A DNA stretch of 64,000 bases from Vicugna vicugna. Taxonomy: Eukaryota. Positions 25,620 to 36,375 of the stretch are shown piece after piece (position 1 is the stretch's first letter; every line of letters begins with the position of its first letter). The translations under genes and the position numbers were made by a program. The notes beneath the pieces are model-generated. The model searched no databases. It saw only the letters and a list, made by a program, of their open reading frames with translations, and had not been told where the DNA came from. The DNA lies in contig MU063892.1 in the NCBI GenBank assembly GCA_013265495.1, positions 7,225,308 to 7,289,307 of the forward strand, read 5' to 3'.

Positions 25620-26213
25620 CTGTGAGGAGAAGTCCAGACGCTTGGGTGAGAGGCCAAACCAGCGTCTCCTACCCTCAGGCCCCCTAGCTTACCCTCCTGG
25701 GGCCTTTCAGATGTAGATGATGGGGCCTTAGCAAGCAGACCAGTTTCTGAGAGCCAAGAACCCTGGGGTATTGTCCCATCCCTGCCATTGCCTCTTTGTG
25801 GGCCTTGGCCAGGTCTCTCCTCATCTGTGCCTCAGTTTCCTCATCTGTCAAATGGGGATAATCAGCCTCATCTCCTGGAAACTTGCGAGGATCAGATGGG
25901 TTCCTGCCCATGAGAACGCAGTGTAAGCCCTCAGTACACAGAAGTGTTTATTGTTATTCTGGGAATATGGGTCTGAGCACACAGGTCCCAGCGGCCTCTG
26001 GCAGGCAGTGCCAGCTCCCTTGGACAGGGAAGGGCTGGCAGAAGCCAGCTCCAAGGCCAGACCAAGGGCCTCGGCCTTTCCCAAAAGTAGGGACACCTAA
26101 GTGAGCCCAGGAAAGAGGGAAAGGCGACCTCTCCAGGACCAGGCCTGGGAGGAGGGGGAAGGAGAGGGGAGAGAGCACCCAGGGAGGGGACAGGCCCGCC
26201 GGCCCCCACTTAC

Positions 26214-26275
26214 ATTTGTGGAGCAGCAGCTTCTCCAAGGACTCGCCCCACTTGAGTGCCTCCTCTGAGGTGGGC
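26214..26275 (-). CDS. RGS3: RGS3 coding exon (62 nt), PTSEEALKWGESLEKLLLHK, start of the RGS domain
   Basis: Acceptor CCCCTCAG|G, donor T|GTAAGT, phase 2/1. Typical R4 RGS helix 1-2 sequence. Confidence 0.97.
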
Positions 26276-26654
26276 CTGAGGGGCGAGGCAAGCGGCACAG
26301 TGAGGGCACCGGGAGGCTTGGGGAAGTGCGGCCAGAAGCTGCCCCTGGTGCTGTGTGAGCTCTGTAAGCTACCCTTGGCCCCGGAAGCAGCTGAGCCCAG
26401 GAGGAAGCCCACCCTCTTTCTCAGGGCCGGCATCACTTCTACCCCCACCTCTGCCCCTCCCTAACCATCCTTCCCACGGCCGAGGCTCCCCATGAGGGTT
26501 GCTGATCCAGGAACTAGGCCCCCTCCACAAGAGCCCCCATCACCCCAGAGCTGGATCAAGCCAACAGCATTCTCTCCGAACCCCACCGCCAGCCCTGCTC
26601 CCCCGGGAACCAGTGAGTGCCTGAGGGGGCCCAAGGGTGCCAGGGAGGACCTAC

Positions 26655-26756
26655 TTGAATGACTTCATCACTTTGTCTGCCTTGCCCGCTGGCTGGGCCC
26701 CAGGGGATTCGTTCCGCCGCCTGAAGATACCTAGCTTGTTCTTCATGTCCTTGGCT
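26655..26756 (-). CDS. RGS3: RGS3 coding exon (102 nt), AKDMKNKLGIFRRRNESPGAQPAGKADKVMKSF(K), with the R4-family amphipathic helix
   Basis: Acceptor CTTCTGCCCCCAG|A, donor AA|GTAGGT, phase 2/2. Confidence 0.96.
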
Positions 26757-26854
26757 CTGGGGGCAGAAGCAGAGAAGGGGGTCGGTCAGTCTGGCACACT
26801 CGCCGCAGCACATTCAGGTTGGGGAGGGCGAGGGCTGGGGCGAGGGGCACCTAC

Positions 26855-26916
26855 TCCTTCATGGTGTGCCGCCTCTGGAGGTTCCCGTTGCGCGTGAGGT
26901 ACATGCCTCGGAGCAT
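26855..26916 (-). CDS. RGS3: RGS3 short-isoform (RGS3S) alternative first coding exon, MLRGMYLTRNGNLQRRHTMK(E)
   Basis: ATG at 26916 and donor GA|GTAGGT at 26854 (phase 2) join the 26756 acceptor in frame. The total CDS is 579 nt (192 aa), matching the short isoform as I recall it. Confidence 0.88.
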
Positions 26917-27265
26917 CTCTGTAGGGCCCCCCACCTTGGAGCCTGGGATGGCCTGCTGAGAGCACTCCCGGGCTCCTGTCCCCAACCCCGTGTCCTGGGC
27001 AGCAGGCAGCAACGGTACAGGCTGCAGCCTAGCGCTCACTGCGATCCCAGCCGGATGACTGGACTCTGAAGCACAGGCCGGGCTGGGACTCAGACAGGAG
27101 GAGCCAGGAAATGGGAGGGACCAGGACGGGAGCAGGGAAAAAATATATCTCTCTCCTGGCCAACCCTGAGAGGGAGCCCGTGAAAGGGGCATGTGTCTGT
27201 AAGGAGCAGCCTCTGGGGCCCGCCCAGGCAGGAAGCCAGACCCATTATTTGTGACTGGCCTCCCT

Positions 27266-27400
27266 GTTACCATGGCAGCACCCTGGGAAGGAGGAGAAAA
27301 CAAGTCAGCAAATTGCTGGGAGGGAAGGAGGGAGGGAGGGGAGGCTCTGCCCACCAGGGTGGCAGGACTGGCTATTTTTAGCCAAAAACCATTTTTAGCC
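27266..27400 (-). promoter_or_regulatory. Candidate promoter of the short RGS3 isoform
   Basis: Perfect MEF2 site CTATTTTTAG (27372-27381), near-MEF2 CCATTTTTAG (27389-27398) and X-box-like GTTACCATGGCAGC (27266-27279), all upstream of the alternative first exon. Confidence 0.5.
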
Positions 27401-27595
27401 TTGCCACACCCCCAGGCAGATTTCAGCACTGGGCAAGCTGCCGGCAAGAAGGGGGTTAAGTGTCTCAGGCTCATGTTTGTGTCCCCCTCCCCTTGTCCCT
27501 AGACCCCTACGCTGAGCAACTCCCAGAGAACAGTTCCTGCCAGCAGACCACTCAGCCTCAGTCATTGGCTTTGGATACATCCATCCATGAATCGG

Positions 27596-27953
27596 CGGGA
27601 TGTCTGACAAAGTCTCAGTAGTTTTAAGCTTGAATAATTTCAAAAGTATGAGTCCTATAAACTTTCAAAAACATCATTTGAAATGAATTAAGTTTTTTCC
27701 CGCACAGTCTTATGATTTTTGAATAATAAATTTTTTGTTTTAATTTTGATCTCTTATCTGATTTAAAGATGAAAGACGCTGACTGAACCAAAAATTAAAT
27801 GTGCAAAATTAAAAATGTTACCAAAACCACAAAGCTAAATAAGTGTGAAAGAAATTTAAATAACTCAACTTTCAAATGTATTTTATAAGTTTGCAGCATA
27901 CTTCTGAAGTTATTCAAGCTTCTAAGGGCACTTAAGACCTACAGGACACCCTG
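27596..27953. mobile_element. Probable TcMar-type non-autonomous DNA transposon (DNA1_Mam-like)
   Basis: AT-rich ~360-bp island with imperfect TIRs: CGGGATGTCTGACAAAGTC on the left and reverse-complement CAGGGTGTCCTGTAGGTC on the right. Confidence 0.45.
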
Positions 27954-28901
27954 TGTAATTAAGGAAGGTGGTATGGGTGGAGGTTATGAGATGACAGTCT
28001 GCAGTAAGATAGTCACGGGTTCAGATCCCAGCTCCAGCAGTCACCAACTGCCTGCCTAACCTCTCTGACGTTTTCTCATCTGTTAAACAGGGATGCTAAT
28101 AGTATCTACCATCTGCTGGGACTGTTTCCAGGCAAGGAGAATATGCACATAAAGCTTTAGCACAGTGCCTGGGGCAAAAGCACTCAGGCCTTTCCACTGG
28201 TGTCCTGAGGGTCTGGGGCAGCTGATTAGGGATGGGGACCTTGATCTAAGAGATTCCAAGCCAACAAGATAAAGCCAAGGAGTCCAGGGACTGGCAGCCA
28301 TCTGAGTGAGGACGGAGATCCTCAGAGAGCCCTAGGGTGGCTAGGAATGAGCAAGCAGGGCTTCCTGCGCACAGTGCTCTGTCTCGGAGCCACTGCTCCT
28401 GCTCCCGCTCCCTGGCCAGGTGAGGACGCAGAGGCCCAGGCGAGGGGGAGGGGCTGGTCTGAGGTCCAACCTGCAGGCTGCCTCCATCCACCTGGGTCCC
28501 TTGCTGGCTCAGAGACCACTGTGTTTCTCTGAGGCTGGAGGAGGCTGAAACTCCTGCCTAGCCAACCGCCTCCTCCCAGATGCACAGCTGGGCGGTCGCA
28601 CAGCTGCAGGAGTCCTTGGAAGTCCCTGACTGCCATATAGGCAACTCCAGAAAAAATGACAGAAGTCAGAGGGGCCCCATGTGTCCCCAGAGAGCAGAAC
28701 AGGGACCCACAAGAGGAAGCTAGTTCCTCCAATCAGAGCCATGAAAAGATGGAATGAATGGCCTCTGGGAAATGGACTCCTGTCACTGGGGGCTCAAAGG
28801 CTGTTTAGCAGGGGTGTTGTGTACCTCCTTCAGAGCGCTTTGCACCGAACTTAAAAGTAACAGGCTCTGAAAAAAATTGTATATATGTATGTCTATTTAT
28901 A

Positions 28902-28902
<1 letters not shown>

Positions 28903-28931
<29 letters not shown>
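28903..28931. repeat. (TG)n(TA)n microsatellite
   Basis: Seen directly. Confidence 0.9.
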
Positions 28932-28932
<1 letters not shown>

Positions 28933-29798
28933 TTTAGAGCTAGCATGCCAGGTTTCAGCTCTCAACTCTACCACTTACATGCTATAAAGTATGGACAAAT
29001 AACTTAACATCTTTCTGCCTCAGTTTATTCATTTATAAAGTAGGGTAAGTAAGAAAAAAAGAAATGTAAAATAATAATTTCTGTAAAGGTTAAATTAGAT
29101 AATATAGCCATGCATATAGACGCCTGCCTAGCACAATAAAGATAATTTTTATTACTATCCCAGATTCTAAGAGTCCTCGACTAAGCTCTTAAGAATGTGA
29201 GCTTCGAGCATTCAAAAGGCAGCACCCACTTTGAAAGAAGGCTAGAGTTGGTGGCCCAGGGCAGCTCCAGCACCCTGGATGCCCGGCCTCCGCTGTCCTC
29301 ACTGCTCCATCCTTGGGAGCGCCACTCATAGCAGCTCTGGTGCTGCCTGGACCGGATGGTTGGTGCAAAGAATTGTTCTTGTTTGCGTGTTTCACCTTCC
29401 CTAGAAAGTGTGTTCTTGGCTGCAGGGTGAGAGAAGCCACAGCTGCTGCTGCAGGAAACTGGAGAGGGCAGGGGAAGCTGGGGAGAAGGAGTTTCTAGCC
29501 GAGTGGACCCCAGCCAAGGTCGAGGTCAGGGAAGAAGGTTCCAGGAGGCATCTGGGAAGAGCTCCTGTTCTCCCCCAGGCCCAGTTGGGCACTGCAGGAC
29601 CTGAAAGGGAGGGGGTTTCCCTCTGCAGCCACCATGTGCCCCACTGCCTCCTCCCTGTCTCTGCCCGCAGTCTCCAAGACCCAGGTCCAGAGAGACCTGA
29701 GGAGAACCCCCTCACACCCTGTTAATGGGCACCCCTAACCAATCTCCAAACTGAAGTGTAAATGACCCTGAGCGGAGCCAGAAAGGTCTGAGCTCGCA

Positions 29799-29812
29799 GC
29801 GCCCCCTCCTGG
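29799..29812 (-). promoter_or_regulatory. CTCF motif CCAGGAGGGGGCGC(TGC)
   Basis: One mismatch to the core, with a typical GCGCTG 3' flank. Confidence 0.6.
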
Positions 29813-30270
29813 CAATGCTGAAGACTGTTAGCATTCCAGAGCTCAAGAGGAGAAAGGGGAACTCCGTGATCTGTCTGTTCAACCCTTTCTCAGAGGGAGA
29901 AAAACACTTCTTGTGGTCACTCGGCCACTGCTTGGCTTAGAGGCTGGTCAGGGCCAGGGCAACCTGGCTGGCTGGTTGCTTCTGCTTGGCTCCCTGTGGC
30001 TTCCAGATACTAAATCAGCACCTTGCCTCACTCTGCTTGGACACTAAGGGCAGTGCTGGGTGCTCAGGATCCTGGTGACCTCACTCTGGGGCCACCGCTA
30101 AGTTCCCAGATCCCATTGTTCATGGGCATCTGTCTGGGGCAGGACTGGGGGCAGCCCCTTCTCCCCACCTCTACTCCTGGAAGGAAAATAAGCCAAAGGG
30201 TGGAGGAAGAAGAGGGGTGCAGGGAGCTCCCCAATCATTAGGGTGAGGACCATGGATCTTTCCAACGTAC

Positions 30271-30335
30271 AAGTTTTTGCTCTTTCTCTTCCGAGAGGCT
30301 TCGTCATCGTCCCCAACTGTGTCAGGCCCGCTCAT
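30271..30335 (-). CDS. RGS3: RGS3 coding exon (65 nt), MSGPDTVGDDDEASRKRKSKN(L), with a basic NLS-like stretch
   Basis: Acceptor TTTTCTCTGCAG|ATG, donor TT|GTACGT, phase 0/2. In frame with both neighbours. Confidence 0.96.
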
Positions 30336-30719
30336 CTGCAGAGAAAAGACAGACACGTTGCAGTCTGGGTATCCAAGAGGCTCAGGGATCCAACAGCTCC
30401 TGCAAATCTGCCCTGCCCACCCCCATGTTCCTATCCCTTAAAGAACAGAGGAGGGAGGGAGACCCCACTACTGAGATCAGCCTGCCCTGCGGCTGGCGGG
30501 GGAAGCCACGGACACAGCAGTAATGGCAGTAGGGCAGGCCAGAGAGCAGGGCTTCAGCCAAGGTCCTACTGTGTGACTTAGCCAATCGCTGCCCCTCTTT
30601 GAGCCTCTACTGCTTAATTTCAAAATTGAGATCATAATGACTAACCAATTCAGGACTCTGAGGTTTTAAAAAGACCCGATATTGGTCAGCAGTGTGTTAA
30701 GTGAATTATTACACAGGCC

Positions 30720-31290
30720 TGAGAGCACCTCTTTTGCCTTAAAGTTTTCTGTGGCTCCCTTGTGTGCTTGGGATAACGTCCAAATTCCATAACATGACTT
30801 ACAGGGTCTACCATCGTAGGATCTGGGCAGCAAGCTCTATTTCAACATCAGTTACAACACCTTCAGTTATCTTTCCAGCCTGACCTCTGCTCCAGCAACC
30901 TCTTTGAACTGCCCTCCAACCAAAAGGAATAGCTTCACGGCTCTGACCCCATCACCTCAGGCCTTTGCACGTGCTATTTCTTCCATGGATGCTTTTGTGA
31001 CCCTCCCACTTGTCTTACCTCCTAGGACCCAGCCTCAGGAAAGACCTAGACCTCAGGTAAGCTGCTTAAATGCCTCCACACCTGGGAAGCCCTCCCTGAC
31101 CCCTGGACCAAAGTTGTCCCCTCTTTGCCCACTTTGAGGCACCCACTACACCCAACATGTTTGTTCCATCTGTCTCCTCTACTGGACTTTGAATTCCCAA
31201 GAGCAAGGCCTCTGTCTGCCTTCACCTCTGTCTAGGTCACCTTCACTAGGCCTGGTACACATTAGGAGCTCAAGAAATCCTTAAGTGAAT
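30720..31290 (+). mobile_element. L2 3' fragment
   Basis: CAGGCCTTTGCACGTGCTATTTC, GGGAAGCCCTCCCTGAC, GCCTGGTACACATTAGGAGCTCAAG...TGAATGAAT. Confidence 0.75.
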
Positions 31291-31866
31291 GAATCAAGAA
31301 AGAGGGGAAGCAGGTTGGGAAAGATGTGTCTTGAACACCTCGCTGCTTGATCCAAGGCCTACAGCTTTATTCCTTAGGGCTCCACTGCAGCCTACAGACT
31401 CCACCCTGCACCCCCACCTCCCTGCCTTTGCGAGTGCTGTGCCCCCTTCTTGGAATACCCCCTCCTTTCCTGCCCAGTCTCTACATCCCCCCAGTCTGCC
31501 ACTCCTTTCCTCCAGACCACTCCAGACTCCCACCATCTCTACTGGGGCCACGCTCTGTTTCCCTTGACCTGTCTGTGCGCATCCACCCTCCTCCAGGGGA
31601 AACCAGGGCCCCCACAGTGCCATTCTGGAGCGGGAGCACAGGAAATGCTCTGAGATGCTGGAGGAGCTAGAGCTAAGGGTAGGCTGGGCTTGGACACTAC
31701 GTCCCAAGACAAGATGGAAGCTCATAAGGTGTGAATCTCAGCTCTGACCCTCAGGAGCTACCACCCTGAGCCTCAGTTTCCTCATTTGTAAAATAAAAAT
31801 GGTGGGATAAACCTTAAAATACTGTTCTCAATTCTGGAAAGAAAAGTGGCCTTAATCCAGATAGAG

Positions 31867-31880
31867 CCAGCAGGGGGAGC
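31867..31880 (+). promoter_or_regulatory. CTCF motif CCAGCAGGGGGAGC(TAC)
   Basis: One mismatch to the core, with a typical flank. Confidence 0.55.
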
Positions 31881-31907
31881 TACTAGCCTCAGTTTTGCAC
31901 CCACCCA

Positions 31908-31937
31908 CGGATGGACGGATGGATGGATGGATGGATG
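31908..31937. repeat. (GGAT)n microsatellite
   Basis: Seen directly. Confidence 0.85.
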
Positions 31938-33234
31938 AATTATAGCTTCACTCATGAAGCTCTTCCTATAGGCCAGACCTTGGAATAGGAGTCATCCAGC
32001 TACTATCTCATTAATCTTCAGAGTAAGTCCATAAAGTAAACAGAGGCTCAGAGAAGTTAAGTCACCTGCCCAAGGGTACCCAGCATTTAGGTGGCAGCTG
32101 GAATCTAGGTTGTCTGAATTCAAGGCCTGTGTTTCTCCACCAGAGGATGCTGCTACTCAAATACAAGCACAGGGCACATTTTGAATGTTTCCAATGAAAG
32201 ACTTGGAGGAAATGCCGCCTCCTTCCTGAGAACGCTGCCCCACCAAGGTTGTAAACACGTGTGTGTACGTGCACACACAGGCACACGCCCATCTATGGTG
32301 TGGGATCCCGGATCTCCAGTCTGCAGTCAGGCCTGGGCAGAGATTCTGCCTCCACCAGCTTTGGAGATGTTTCTGTGCCTCTCAGCTTTGGCTTCTTTAG
32401 CTCCAGCAGAGGTGTGGTGACCACCACCCACCCGCTGTTAGGAGATTCACCAGGAGAAAGTCTGGGCCCCCCAGGCCCAATTTGGCACACAGGGCGTCCT
32501 CAGTGACCAGGGGCCGCCAGCATTCACTGCCCAGAGAACACTGTCGCTGTCACCCCGTGACACACACAGGCCGCAGTCGTGCTGGCCTGGCTGGGCAGTG
32601 CCTGAAGCCCCCACCCGTGGGAAAGGGCCGCAAGCACTGGGCTTCCTCCCATTCTAACCTCAGCTTCCGCACTTTATCGGCCCCACACAATGGGCCTGGG
32701 GACCACTCCCGCCCGGCCCGCCACCCCTAGTCTCTGCACTGCTGGGAAATGGGCTCTTCCTTCCACTGCTGGGGAGGGGGTGATCTTCTCCAGGGACTGG
32801 CCCACACCAATCAGCCTGACCGAGGGGCCGGGGAGCTCTGGCCTTGGAAGTCGGCCCCCAAAGCGGCCAGTGACACCCAGACAGCAAGGAAAGAAAAGAA
32901 ATTGAGACAGAAAGTCAGGGTTCTGGTTTCCAGCCCCAGACTGGCTCCCACGTCTCCTCTCTCTAGGAGCTACAGAGAGGGCTGCCCAGAGCCAGCACGT
33001 AAAGGGCTCTGCTTCCCACCTGCACCCCACTGCCGTGCTCCGCTATGGGGCCCTCCCGCCTGAAAGGTGAATGGAGGCGAACCCAGGCCACCCAGCCCTC
33101 CCTTCACTCCAGACAGAAATCCCTGGGGCCCGCCCAGCCCCTACCCCACCACCTCTAGGGACGGAGCTCACCACCTCTTGGAATTATAATTATAATTTGT
33201 ATTATAAATATAACCATAATAATAGTCACAGTTA

Positions 33235-33620
33235 AGAGTTACTTTCTCAACTGCCTGGATTTAAATCCTAGCTCAGTCACGTACTAGCTAACTGACCTCA
33301 GCCAAGTTACAGGCCCTCTCTGTGCCTCGGTTACTTTCCTTGTAAGACGAGGACAATCGGCGGACCTATCGCACAGGGCTGTTAGGAGGATTAATCAACA
33401 CACGTGAAGCAATCCGCACAGTGCCTGTCCTGGAGGTGCCCAATACCTGTCAGCCAGGCTGGTCGTTACTTACTACGTGCTAGGCATTGTGCTGAGGTAC
33501 TGTATCATACTTCACCTAATTTTATCTTCTCAACGGTTCTAAGAGCTATTTGCTGTCACTTCCCCCAGTTTATAGCCAGGGAAACTGAGACCCAGAGCAG
33601 TTCAGTAACTTGCCTGGGCC
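33235..33620. mobile_element. Tail-to-tail MIR pair (+ then -)
   Basis: The plus copy ends GCACAGTGCCTG (~33428) and the minus copy begins at ~33470 (TACTACGTGCTAGGCATTGTGC). Confidence 0.7.
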
Positions 33621-35885
33621 CTCCAAGCTGGCCCATGGCAGAGAATTCCAGGTCTGGCTCCACAGCCCACCCACGATTGAGGGCTCTCCTATGAGCAGGG
33701 CCTCCCTGGTTTCCCCCACCCATCCTGACCTGACTTCTGGGGCAACCGGGCCATGCCTGGCTGCTCTCTCTGATTCAGACCATCCACTAGACCCCATGGA
33801 ACCTTGTGGAAACACTGGGGCTAAACACTCTATACCTACTTGTTTAGATGTCGGAAATAATTCTCCTTTAAATTTTTTTTTAAAATAGGAGGCTGGAAGG
33901 TGTTATCACATCCTGGAGCTAGAAGGGAACTTAGGGGCCCGCCTGTCTGACCTCTGGCCTCGGTGGGAAGCTTAGTGGGGAAGGGCTGGCATCCTCAGCC
34001 CGACGGCCTCTGCCCACACCAGTACCCGCAGGAGGGGAGAAGGAAGCATGGCCAGGGACGGGCTACAGCCTCTGTCTCTTCACTGTTAAAGGAGGACCTG
34101 AGATCTTGGGCTGGGGTGGAATTCAATGGCAGTATCCTGGGCCCAGACACAGATACCCTTGGAGCTTCTCTGGCTCCCAGGAAAAGGGTGGACCTAGGCC
34201 TGTGGCTCTGCCCTGTGGGACCTCCAGGGATAAGCTGGCAAGGCGGGGGTCTGGCAGCAGAGGGCACTGTGAGACAGTTCAACCCAGCACAAGGAGCCAG
34301 GTCCAGGGGATAACCCTTGGGAGGGTCCTGGGGGACCTTCTCCTCTCTAGACCTCAGACAGCCCATCCATAAGAGGACTGTGGCCGAACAGACCATCTCT
34401 CAGGTCTGTCTGGTTCAGACACTCCTATACACAGTAGAGATCACTCGGCATACAAGAGGGCAGGATGACAAAGGAGGGAAGGGGTAACACAAGCACTGTC
34501 ACCCTGTGATAGGCAGAATGCACTCTGGACAGCCTCAGCTTAGCCACACAGCAGCACAATGACCAGCCCAAGGCCACACCAGCTCTGTCTGGCCTCCCTG
34601 GGTCTCATGCCATCACAGGATCACAACCATGGACACAAAGCTATCAACATACTACTGTCTTCTTGAATCCCTGGGACAACTCCATGAAGATTTAGCACTC
34701 CCATTTCATAAGAGAAAACTGAAGTTCAGAGGAAAATGTAACTTGGCCAAGGTCTCAGGACCAGGAAGAATGGTCTCAAGCTGAGACTTGAACCCAGTCT
34801 GTCTGACTACACAGCCTGAAGACTTCACCCCTCTCCTCTTCACCTCTTGCCTGGTCCTGTCGGGAAACCGTGGTCTGTTGGCATCAGTGGACCCTCCCAG
34901 GAAACCAGGCCCAAGCCAGGAAGATGGAAGTCACAGCAAAGCTGGCTGCCTCCCCCAGCTGCCCGCCCCCTATCCCCTGCCTCTCACCCGCAAGAGGTGT
35001 GCAGAGCCTGGGGAAGTGCTAGAGAGGACTGGACAGGGTGAGGCCACTGTCTAACTCCATCATTACCCACTGTGTGACCTGGGACAGAAACTTCTCCCCA
35101 GGCCTCAGGCTCCCCTCTGTAAGATGAGTACAGCTGGTCCCAGCTTGCAGCAGTGTCGTGAAGGCCAGAAAAGGGGCTGGAGGCACCTTGTGGCTGTTGG
35201 GATGACTGCTATTGCTCCTGCTACTGCAACCCTCCTCCTCATCACCACCACCGTCAACACGATTCCCATTTATGGAGCACCTGCCAGGCGCTGCATGATA
35301 GACACTGTCCTGAACACTTTACGCGAGTCTGGCTCTTTAATCTCCCCAGCAACCCTACAAAGGAGGTACTATTACCATACCCATTTTACTGATGAGGAAA
35401 CTGAGGCTCAGAGAAGGGCAGGGACTTGCCCAAGGCCCACTGCCAGCGAGGGATGGAGTGAGACCAGGGTACCTGTCCAGCCTAGACCTCACTTCCCTCT
35501 GACAAGGGTTAGTTTCTTATTGAAGCCAGTTGCCTGGAGGAAGCAAGATATGAATGATGATGAGGGACTCGAGGCCAGGTAAGCAGAAGCTACAGGAAAA
35601 GTAGCCACCACGAGGTTGGTGGCAGGCTCTGAGGTCCATGCCAGCTTAGTCACTCAAGTCCAAGAAAGGAAGTGATGGGCCAAAAGAGGGTGGGGAGGGG
35701 AGGACACCGGGAATCATGGGTGTCGAAAGGTGGAAACCAAGACAGGAGACAGCTGGCCCAGGCCTGCTGGACTGCCAGGCAGAAGAATCTGCCTTAAAAT
35801 AGGAGCTGAGATCAACTGATTTGGGGAACTAGAAATGTACATATGAACATGTGTGAATTTCTCTGTATATAAATATTTGTATTGA

Positions 35886-36020
35886 GGGGAAGATATAGTT
35901 CCGTGGTAGAGCACGTGCTCAGCATGCACGAGGTCCTGGGTTCAATTCCCAATACCTCCATTAAAATAAATAAATACATAAATAAACCTAATTACTTCCC
36001 CTACCAAAAAAAAAATTGTA
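35886..36020 (+). mobile_element. tRNA-derived SINE, vic-1-like (camelid)
   Basis: A box (TAGTTCCGTGGTAGAGC), B box (GGTTCAATTCC), (AAAT)n/A tail, and a TSD-like TTGTATTG on both sides. Confidence 0.8.
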
Positions 36021-36214
36021 TTGGAGCAAGGGGGGAAAGGGGCAGAACTGGGAAGGATCTGATGGGGGCATTGAAATTAGGAGGTCCAAGCTAGGTGGTG
36101 AGCCCTTGGACCTCAGCTGTCCTCCAGAGGAGAGTGGCCAGGCCTGACCTGAGGCCTCACCTCAGTAGGACAGAGTTTTGCTCTTTTTCCTATTGAAGCT
36201 GCCTCAAGAAGTGG

Positions 36215-36375
36215 CCTACGATGGTGATACTCAAACCATAGGGAACATCTCATTCCTTGAGAGGCTTGTTTAACATGCAAGGTCTGGGCATCATCTCCTA
36301 GAAATTCTGATTCCAGAAAATCTGATTCCAGAGTCTGGGGTCAGGGACTTAGAAATCTTTATATTAATAACCTCC
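36215..36375 (+). mobile_element. MER5A-like MITE
   Basis: GTGATACTCAAAC...GCTTGTTTAACATGCA...TCTGATTC...CCTGGTGATT. Confidence 0.6.

Noticed and set aside
35886-35960. tRNA-like sequence (also at 52249-52330)
   Set aside because: No complete cloverleaf or 3' acceptor stem. The A-rich tail and TSD identify SINEs, not tRNA genes.
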